A stretch of 64,000 bases of DNA, taken from the NCBI GenBank assembly GCA_048013815.1, contig CM106586.1, positions 10,106,001-10,170,000 on the forward strand, given 5' to 3'. The notes beneath the pieces are model-generated. The model was not told the origin of the DNA. It was given only the letters and a program-made list of their open reading frames with translations, and searched no databases. Source of the stretch: Setoptus koraiensis (taxonomy: Eukaryota; Animalia; Arthropoda). Each line of letters begins with the position of its first letter. Within the stretch, counting starts at the first letter, position 1. The position numbers and the translations under genes were made by a program. Positions 25,906 through 35,300 of the stretch are shown here, one piece after another.

Positions 25906-28900
25906 ATGCTCACCAAGTATCATGCGATAATATTTATATCTATACTCACTATGCTGGTGGTAAGTAGACAACTATCTAAATACTAATAAATAGTTATTAC
26001 GCTATTTTTATCTTCGCAAAGATTCATGGATTTACCGTGTGAGAAGAACTTTGATCTCGAATTGACCCTCTTGCAGGAATCATTCCAAATGATAGTCAGC
26101 CATCTATTGACGGACCCAAACAATAATGTTCGCAGAACGATATTAACTTCAAATATTTCGAAACTATGCTTGTTTTTCGGAAGAGAAAAGACTAATGAGG
26201 TCATTCTAAGTCACATAACTACATTTCTGAATGACAAGAGTGATTTCAGACTACGAGCCGCATTTTTTGATAATATAAACTGTGTGAGCACATATTTGGG
26301 GCCTTATTTTGCTGCAATCTTAAAACCTATAATGCAACAAGGATTATCAGATAGTGAGGAGAGTATCATCTATAAATGTTTGACAGCGGTCTCCTCTATG
26401 ACACAACCAGGTTTATTGAGCAAAAGTGTTGTGTATGAACTTCACCAGGAGGCCGTGCCACTATTATCGTTCCCCAACAAATGGATAAGGAATGCAGCCA
26501 TCAATTTTGTGGTAGTTCTAGCCAAAGTATTGAAGTCTTGAAATCTTGCCTCGATGCTCTGGATAGCGACAGGGTTCAAGTTGCTTTAAGAGTTGCCTCA
26601 ATAGCGGAACAATTAGTTGATCGATGGTCTGTCAAGTTCGAAATATACGATTGGGATCTCATAATAAACATCTGTGATTCTTTTGCTAACAAGCTGACAA
26701 AACCCTCCTCTGCTCTGGCACCTTTCAATGGCCATCCTCAGAGCAACACTAATTCAACAACACCATACCAATCGGCCCCGCCATCTAACAACAGTACCAT
26801 AAATAGGTCGTCCAATTCGACAACATCTTCAAACCATAATAACATTCAATCATCCAATAACATTTCCCAATATGCAATGAATTTGTCTTCTATTGCTCTT
26901 ACCAACATATCAGATCTTATGTATCATCTCAACAATCATGGTCAGTCATTTTCCCCATCAAGTGATAGCCTACCCAACAGGAATGATGAATCTCTAGAAA
27001 TGATACAATCTACACTTCAACACCTCACTATGACACTATTGAATGAAAGTACTCATGGTAATATATATAGCTGTGATGACAACCTTTACAATTTGATTGA
27101 AAAATACTATCATTTATTTGACGAAACCATTATTATCGGTCTGTTGGAATATCGAACAAAGATCGTCAATACATTAGATGAGAGGTACATCTCTAACCTC
27201 TCAAGATTGATATCTAAATCTTTTAAACATGAATCACGGAAAGCAATCAGATTGAAATCAATAGCTGCCTTGTCGCAAATATTTTCCACTCACAGAGCTA
27301 TATACGAGGACGAATTGATGGAAAGAATATTCATCCCGAATTTTTTAAATGCTGATCAAGAAAATGATCTTAGCATACGCAAATCAATCGTTTACTTGTT
27401 ATTGGACTTCGCTTCTATGTGCCTGAATCATAGGCATTGCCTAGAGGCTCTAAAGATGGATAAGGAATGCAGCCATCAATTTTGTGGTAGTTCTAGCCAA
27501 AGTAGCTTCAACAATCGATTTCAACAGAAAAATTCTACCTGCTATCAAGCTGCATATCAAGAGAGACATTCACGGACTAAAAGACGAGAGTGTTCTCCTT
27601 GATTCTCTGCAAGAACCCCTTCCTAGGCCTATCATAGAATCTATAATTTGTGACAATGGTGATATTGACAATATTTTTCATTCAATTTCAAAGAAGAAAA
27701 TGTCCCGAAACAGTCAACGCTTTAGTGGAGCCAAGCAGATGTCTGAAGACGAAGAAATTCTCGCTGGCCTAAGTAGACATTGTGAAGACAGGCTGATTGA
27801 TTCTGAGTTGATACTTCGACGGATTCATAAGAATAAGAGAGGTGCAGTTAACAAGATAGTCGAACCCACTATCAACATTCCCAAGCAAGATGCGCAAATC
27901 CAGAATACCTCCAAAGTTGAGCAAAGAATGTCCGCGACTTTATCTCTATCAAAGTCAACAAAACCACGCGGTGTCCTATTAGCTCATTTGCATGAACACA
28001 AGGGTACTATAACTAACTTCAAATATTCCGAAAAACAGGCATAATTTCGAAATATTTGAAGTTAGTATCGTTCTGCGAACATTATTGTTTGGATCCGTCA
28101 ATAGATGGCTGACTATCATTTGGAATGATTCCTGCAAGAGGGTCAATTCGAGATCAAAGTTCTTCTCACACGGTAAATCCATGAATCTTTGCGAAGTCTC
28201 TGCTAAGTCAGCCACATTTGAAGCTAGCGATATTCTTACGAGCACTGACTTATCATAGACAAGGGGACACAGACTTGGTAATATATAATCTATGAATACA
28301 TTAGCGTCACTGGGTAGCAGCCGATCAACATGTTTCAGAAGTATATTAAGGGAGGATATGGCTGATGAACGAACTTGTGCGTCTGTACTTGATATCATAT
28401 AGATGAAATACGGTAACACTCTATCAATCACATATTCTGACATTATATGAGGCGAAGATTCCACCAATCGTACACATAGTTTAAGTGCCATAAGTTTGGC
28501 ATGTGTAAGCCTCAAAGTCCGCAACGTAGATGTTACTAACACTAGTGGTAGTAAAAGTCCATGCTCGTCTTCAGTTATTATCTCCGTAAGCAAAGCATCG
28601 ATGTCCTCAGTCAAAGATAGGATTTTTGTGTCAGGACTTTGAGTTATAAGCTTCGTGAAGTACTTGAATAATGTGTTAAAGTAGGCAGGAAACAAGCTAG
28701 GGGTAGATTGATCGAGATGATAAGACGCAGAATTTCTTTTCATACTATCCAAATCAGTAAGATTGAGTATTAGCCTTGCAATCCTTGAATCGGATATACC
28801 ATTTTCAATTATCTTTGAAGGTTCATACTGGTTCTTTTTAAACATCAGTATCTGACCAAGATCAAACAAAGAGCTGTTAGCGTTGTCTTCCAAGAAAAGC

Positions 28901-31900
28901 TCTGCCAAAACACACCCTAGACTGAATAAATCCATTTGAGGAGTCAGCTGATTATAACCATCATTTTGATCAGTTGCTTCAGGATATTGCTGATAGTTTG
29001 TCTCGTTTGGTGCTGTCTCGACAAATCTCTCAGGGGCCATATTACAACATTGGCGCCGAGAAGTGTCGAAAAAATATGAGAAGTCGGATGGGTTATTTTC
29101 AGGCAGCGTTACTGGCTTGTAGGAGGCGAAATCCGTTATTGATACCCACAAAAACGACGAAACCAGAACATTTTCGGACTTGATGTCGCCGTGAAAGATG
29201 TTTTTCTTGTGCAGTAATTGTACACATCTTAGTAGTTGATAAGCAATCCATCTTTTTTCTATGGAAGTCAAGAAGGTCCATTTGTATGATCCTTGAGATC
29301 CTGCATGTGTATACTCAAAAAAGATTGTAATCTTATCTCGATCTGAATATAAATTCATTAACTAATTATTTCTCCCAATCAATTACCTATCCACAATTGC
29401 TAAAAACAACAACAAAATTGCTGTATGCCATAATTTGCTTGATCAGTTGCTTGGTCTGCACTTGCTAAGCATCGCGAGTAATGTAATCAACCATCAGAAC
29501 AGCACCGGCTCGGCCTCTCAGCCAGGGGCAGCTCTGGCTAGGGGTGCGCAATCCCAGAATAACTTTGTGGCGACCACCAGCACCAACAGAGGTGTCCCAA
29601 TAACAACAACAACATCTAACAACAATGATTACACTCATCCTATCAGTTTCGACCGCATACTGTCCAGCAGCAACAACAGACAGGTTAATAGTGACCAATT
29701 TTCCAGCAACACCAACAACAACAACATCAACAATGACAACAATCAACAACAAGTGACAACGGCCGGCATGAGGCGTCTGGTCAATCAGCCAGAGTATCCC
29801 ATTGATCATTATCAGATTAGTCAATCAACCAATCAACCCTTGGACAATCAGATACCTCCCACGCCAACGCAACAACAGCAGCAGCAAACACCACAAGCCA
29901 ACAACAACAACATCAATAATAGGCAATTCCACAATCCCTTCGATAGTCCGTTCAGTCCTCCCGTGCCCCCGTTGCCGCCCAATCCGCCCCCGTTGCAAAC
30001 TAATCCGCCCGCTGTCCAGTCGCCCGTGTCCGGCTCACAGCACCAATCAACGCAATCGCCGCAAGCCTCAATGACGGAATCCATCACGGCCACCAACCAG
30101 CCCCAGCAGCAATTCAACAATCAACAACAGTCGCCACCTCTGGCCAACGACAACATCAACAACAACGGCAACAACAACAACCGACCACAGCAATACAATT
30201 CGTTGAGGCCCCTATTCGTTCCGGGCGCGATTTCTTCGCACACAGCGACTCCTGGCGGCGGTGGCGGCGCCCCAATGAGATTGACCGATAGAAATCAGCA
30301 GCTCGATAGTGATACCTATACGCCGCCCATAGTGTTCGGCACCAGCAGCAACCAATTGGCCTACAACAATCAAGATGCTCCGTTTGGTTTGAATCAGCAA
30401 CAGTTAGACGCTCACAACGTCTACGACCAAGTCGCCAACAGCGGCGTTGACTCGGCGAACCCTATGAGGGACCCCAACAGAGACCAAACGAACAGCAACA
30501 ATTTCCAAAACAGAGCTCGACTGGCCCAATTGGAGCCCAACGGCGACATCGGTCGCCAGCAGCAGGCTCCTCGGCACCAGACGTCGCCCTTGCCGGCCTC
30601 CTATTTTGAGCAGCGTCACAAGCAAGCGCCCGACTCAAACAGAAGCCCGCAGCCACAAAACAACAGGTTGTCTAATTTTGTGCCCACAGGTGAGTACGCG
30701 AGCAGCGATCTCAGTATCGGTTTGTGTCGGCAACCGGACTTAGATGCGCCGATATCAACTTGACTTGATTGGCTCCACTTCCGGTCACACTTTTCGCACT
30801 ACAAAATGATGCAATAATTAATTATTGCATCATTTGTAACAACAATAATTAACTAATTAATTATTTAATCAATTACAGCCGACAATATAATAATTCTGAT
30901 TCCGAATCTCTTTTCATTCTCGCACAATTCCGACGTTAGACAAGCGCATTTTGCCGCCTCCCGTGCCCGCTCACTACAAAGATGCGCATTTGAACATGGC
31001 GAGGAAACTTCCGCCGCCAATAAATGCAAACATTGACATAACGAGAAACCTGTCGCCATCTAGATTCGCCCATGGCCAATCACCAAAATACCATGCAAAC
31101 AACAACAACAACAATAGACAGCTCACCGGGGACGCTGCACCGGATGTTGGACTGACGGCCTTGCCGCCGTACTCATTGCCTGTTCCTCCGTCGTCGTTGG
31201 AGCAACAGCAGCGGATAAATCACAATTTAGAGCATCAACAGTTGCAACAATTGTCCGCACAGATACCGTTGTGTGCCCGAGCGTTGGGCGCCAGCGCCAA
31301 CGACACTCATCACAATCAAGTGATAATGTGTCAAGAGGACGCCGATTATCCGACCAAAGCTGTGATGGGCGCACTAGAGTTGTACGGGCCCCAAATACTA
31401 GAACAAATAATGCCACAAACAACAACGGTTATCAGCAACAATCACCTGTCCAAGCAGCGTCAGCAGCAACAGTTGCAGATGGACTCGCTGAGGCCGGCCC
31501 CAATTAATTCGCATCATCGTGATGCGCACAGCATTAATGTTAATAATAACAACAATTTCAAGACCAACAGCTACGACAATTTATGCAAATCAAAAATAAC
31601 GCTAGTGCAACCGAGACGAGCCAAGAATCTGCAGGGCCAATGGAAGGTTGTGGTGAATTTTCCCAATGCGGACCGCTTCAGGGGTATCAGTCTAAGCCAG
31701 CCGGTGCGGATAGAGGAGTGCCTGATGCCGATGAACAGCAACAATCAATTTGCGGAGTGCGGAGGTCCCGACAGAAACAACAACATTACCTCCACCATAC
31801 CCAAGACGAGATGCTTGCAGCAATACGGCGATCACCGCCTTGTGGCGTGGTCCTCGCAGCGGGGCCTGCACGTGGACATGTTCCGGCTGCCCGTCTCTTG

Positions 31901-31922
31901 CTCGTGCCACCTGAGACGATGA
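25906..31922 (+). CDS. Spaetzle-family cystine-knot ligand, most like neurotrophin 1/Spz2; predicted exons 25906-25959, 29447-30689, 30940-31922 (759 aa)
   Basis: The C-terminal knot LCKSKITLVQPRRAKNLQGQWKVVVN...SQPVRIEECL...RCLQQYGDHRLVAWSSQRGLHVDMFRLPVSCSCHL and the prodomain CQEDADYP motif are typical of the family. Exon 1 MLTKYHAIIFISILTMLV (GTAAGT at 25960) joined at TGATCAG|29447 to LLGLHLLSIAS gives a signal peptide. Intron 30690-30939 is phase-consistent and the total length 2280 nt is divisible by 3. Exon 1 is inferred. Confidence 0.8.
26012..26182. repeat. Inverted repeat arm A (171 bp; partner at 28026-28196; 4 mismatches)
   Basis: Manual reverse-complement comparison. Confidence 0.95.
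26481..26529 (+). repeat. 49-bp perfect direct repeat copy 1 (copy 2 at 27456-27504)
   Basis: ATGGATAAGGAATGCAGCCATCAATTTTGTGGTAGTTCTAGCCAAAGTA occurs at both positions. Confidence 0.97.
26530..27455 (+). pseudogene. TSC2: Internal fragment of tuberin (TSC2/gigas), N-terminal helical region
   Basis: VLKSCLDAL...YDWDLIINI and LLEYRTKIV...YISNLSRLISKSFKHESRKAIRLKSIAALSQIFSTHRAIYEDELMERIFIPNFLNADQENDLSIRKSIVYLLLDFA align with human TSC2 VAWDILLNI and LISYRAQSI...[76 protein letters not shown]. Confidence 0.85.
27456..27504 (+). repeat. 49-bp perfect direct repeat copy 2
   Basis: Identical to 26481-26529. Confidence 0.97.
27456..28010 (+). pseudogene. PIK3R4: VPS15/PIK3R4 fragment C (end of HEAT region to the start of the first WD40 repeat)
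   Basis: Continues WIRNAAINFVVVLAKVASTIDF...LLDSLQEPLPR and ends at KPRGVLLAHLHEHKGTI (VPS15 PKGLLVAHLHEHKSAV). Confidence 0.88.
28026..28196. repeat. Inverted repeat arm B (171 bp; partner at 26012-26182)
   Basis: Manual reverse-complement comparison. Confidence 0.95.
28026..29342 (-). pseudogene. PIK3R4: VPS15/PIK3R4 fragment A (pseudokinase domain lacking its N-terminus, plus first HEAT repeats)
   Basis: FLTSIEKRWIAYQLL...HGDIKSENVLV...TDFASYKPVTLPENNPSDFSYFFDTSRRQCCNMAPERF is diagnostic of VPS15. The myristoylated N-terminal part (MGNQL...) is not seen in the window. Confidence 0.9.
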
Positions 31923-32340
31923 CACCGACGCGGCTAATTAATTAATTGTAATCAACAACTATCAATTAATTATTGCGCAACAGTGGTCACAACAGGCACA
32001 ATAGGCACACCGGAAACACACTCACTGGCCAGATAATATTATTAGATAATATCAGATGATATCGGATAATATTAGATAATATTGGTTGATGATATTGGTT
32101 GATTTGGTGCGCCCTGTGAAGTATGGTAGGACTGTACTTCTACAGTGTAAGCGTAGCGCCACGAACAATTATTATCGAAATGATCTCATCGTAATTATAA
32201 TTATTATAGCTACAATTTTAAAGTTATTCACTCATTATGTGTACTCGAATGCCCGAATAAATAGGCGCGCTCCTCCTAATTGCCCCCTTGAAATTGTTTA
32301 CCGGGGCCCTTGTTAATCAGTATTAATGCTAGTTGGATTG

Positions 32341-35300
32341 TTAATAGTTGGCTGAGGGCGCGACGGCGGGCCGGTAGTTGGAGGCCATGGGCACGCCCTT
32401 GGGCAAACTGAGCTCGTCTTCGGTGAATTTCAACCGGAAGCCGCGTCCAATGTTGTTTTTGTTTGTGACCAGCTTCAGCAGAACGCTGGCACCCTGCGAC
32501 ACGTACTCCTGGGGCAACTGGTCGCCGCACAGCGTCAGCTTGAGCTGGGGCTCCGATTGGAGCTGTCTGTCCAGGACTGAGGCCCACTCCAGCAGTTGCA
32601 AATAGTTTTGATCGCATTTGTTGCGCGACCCGCTGCCGCCGTCCGTGTTAGCCGCGCTTGCCCGCATACCCGTGCCCGCCGGCTGGCTCACCAGAGACAT
32701 ATCCTGCCATGAGAGGCGCAGTTTGTGCACTCCGTGGCCGCTTATCAGCCAGTAAGTCGGGCCCGACTGTTGCTCGCCCGTAAACGGATTGGGATAATTG
32801 GGCGACGCGACGCTGCCCGAGTAGCCCGTGATGTTGTAAAAGTTGTACCTGGGAAGCGAGTAATCACGCCCTTCGGGAGCCCAAGCTCCGCCGCGCGGCT
32901 CCGGTATCGCCGACGAGAAGGTTATTTGATACCGGACAATGTCGGCGTGCAACTTCAGCTCAACGTGACTCGACTGAGTGTAGACGGGATTGGGTAGATT
33001 GCGGCCGCACAATTTGGCCAGGCTGCGCCGGACATTGGTCACCGGATCCAGCTCGTTGATTTGCATGTAGTTGGAGGCGCACATAATGAGGCCGGCGGTG
33101 GGATCGGCCGCGCTCGTGCCATTGGCCGCCGTGGCGGTCGCTCGGTCGTCGTCGGGATCGTCTGTCGACTCGACCACAAACTTGGAAAAGTACAGCACAA
33201 TCCTGTGCTTCGGCGTGGGCGCCCTCAAATCGATGACGCAATCGCTTGCGGTCGCGGTCGTCGCGGTCGCTGCGGGTGTCTCGTAAATGCCCCGGGTTCG
33301 GTACTTGACGGGCGTCATGAGGACACCGTTGTCGTCGTTGATGGTCTCGTTGCAAACGCTGCTGTCGCGATAGGTGATCTGAAAGCCGGTCGGTTGGCCC
33401 CTTTTGGGTAGCCGCGACGACACGAATGTCATGCGGAAACCGTCGCTCACGTAGATCGGTTGCGGGATGCGCTGACCGCACAGCCGTGCGGTGTCGCCCG
33501 TGCCGCTGTAATAGTTGGCGCGGTTTGAGTTGCCCGACGACGGTTGCAGCATTGAAGTCGCTTCGTAGTCGATGATTTGACCGTTCGAGCCGCTCGTCAG
33601 CACGGGAATCTGGCTTTCGAGCTCTAGGTAGTCGCCCGCGGCACAGTCAATGTCGAAGGCGGTGAATTGGAGCCTCTCGAAGAGGGCGCTCCATTGCATC
33701 GAGTTGAGGTGCTTGTCGATGACCATCATGACCGCTCGGTCGAGCAGCGCCCTATCGGACAAAGTGGTCAGGTTAGCGCCGGCCGCTTGGTCCGCCTGGT
33801 CGGACTCGGACACCAGCTCGAATTGCCAGACGCAGCGGCGCAGCGGCGGGTAGGCCAACGGGAAGTTGGGGCTAGCCAAAGTTCGGGTTGGCGAGCGCTG
33901 TTGGCCGGTTGGCGCCACCGTCGATATGGTTTGTTCTGTGGTGTTTAACCAGACGATACCGCCGCAGTCGCGCTCCACCGAGCTAAATTTCAGCCTGAAT
34001 CCGGCCCGCACATTCTGGGTGTCCGTGTGAAAGTGAACGTAGAGCGCGTGTGCGGAGCTTTGCATGGGCGCGGGCACCTCGGAGCCGCACACCCGGTCAA
34101 TGAGGCCGCTCTTGTGGCTAAGACCGTCGCGAATCTCCAGATAATCGTAGACGCAGCGGTGGCCGGCGCCCGGGCCGGTTTTGTTGTCCGACGGCGACTG
34201 GGGCGCCTCTAGGTCGAATTTGACGAAGTCGAGCCGCACAAGTTTGTTTTTGTTGGGCACCGTTATCAGCCACCAGCAATCGAGTTGATTGTCGTAGTTG
34301 CCGTCCTTGTCCGCGTCGGGCGATACAATGACGCCGTCGCTGTCGTGCAGCCGCCCCCCGCAGCCCTGTCGCTCGCCCAGGCTCGTCCGGTAGGTGGCCT
34401 CGAAGCCCTTGCTCTGCAAATTGAAGTCGGTGCTGAATTTCACCTGCATCACGTTGCTCTTGCTTTTCACGACGGGCAGCTGACTTCCGCCGCCCGGGTA
34501 CGTTCCGCAGAAGCGGCCCAGCAGCAGCCCGTCGTCCGGCGTGCGCGTTTTGTTGGCTGCCGCGCGGGGCGGGACCGCGCTGGGCGCCAGTCCCGTGTCG
34601 CGCAACTCCACCGAGTCGCAACCGCACGAATCGCACGACTCCAGCTCGAGCCGGTTGAACACCAGCTCAACAATGCGGTCCCGGGCCACCGTGATGGTCC
34701 ACACGCAGTTCATGTCGGGCAGGTACGTGCCGCCGCCCGAGAAGGGCGCCAGCATACCCGACGGCTCGGTCAATTGGCCGCCGCACTGGGACGACTCGTA
34801 CACCAGCTTGAAGCCCTTGGCGCGCGCGTACCCGTTTGTGTGCAGGAAAACCTTGATTTGTTCGTACCCAAACACGGACGGGATGGTCTGTTTGCCGCAA
34901 TAGGGCCCCAATTTGCGCCAGTTTTTCGCCACCCGCTTGCTGGTGTCGTTGGCCGAGGTGAGGCGCGCATACACGTACACATAGTCGCTCAGACAGCCCC
35001 GATTTGCGCCCCCACCGACGCCGCCGCCCATTTGCCGGCTGCCGCCAGCCGCTTCCGGTTGCTGCTGTTCCAGTTCGAAATCTTCGAATTTCACCATGAC
35101 AAACCGGCCCGGTCTCTCGTGCCGTATTGTGTATTCGCAATTCAGGTTGTTGTCGTACGGGCGCGGGTAATGGGGCGACGTCAGCACGCCCCTGGCAGCC
35201 ACCGGGCCGGTGGTGTTGTCGCTGACGGTGAACAGGCCGCCGCACACGGCCTCGTAGTTGAGCTTGTAGCCGGCTCCCTCAATTTTGTCGTTGCTCTTGA

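Larger units (their letters stand above)
26012..26529 (+). pseudogene. PIK3R4: VPS15/PIK3R4 fragment B (HEAT region)
   Basis: LLTDPNNNVRRTIL...GREKTNEVILSHITTFLNDKSDFRLRAAFF...LKPIMQQGLSDSEESII...FPNKWIRNAAINF matches the VPS15 HEAT repeats. Confidence 0.88.

Noticed and set aside
26481-27602. 373-aa ORF as a genuine novel protein
   Set aside because: It is the TSC2 fragment flanked by out-of-frame VPS15 repeat sequence (MDKECSHQFCGSSSQS appears twice).
26008-29338. TTATCT at 26008-26013 and 29333-29338 as a target-site duplication of the cassette
   Set aside because: Only 6 bp in AT-rich DNA, and VPS15-like sequence probably continues past 29338 to an acceptor-like site at 29343.
29343-29386. 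44-nt GT-AG intron on the minus strand linking VPS15 to an upstream exon
   Set aside because: The putative upstream exon has an in-frame stop and no VPS15 similarity.
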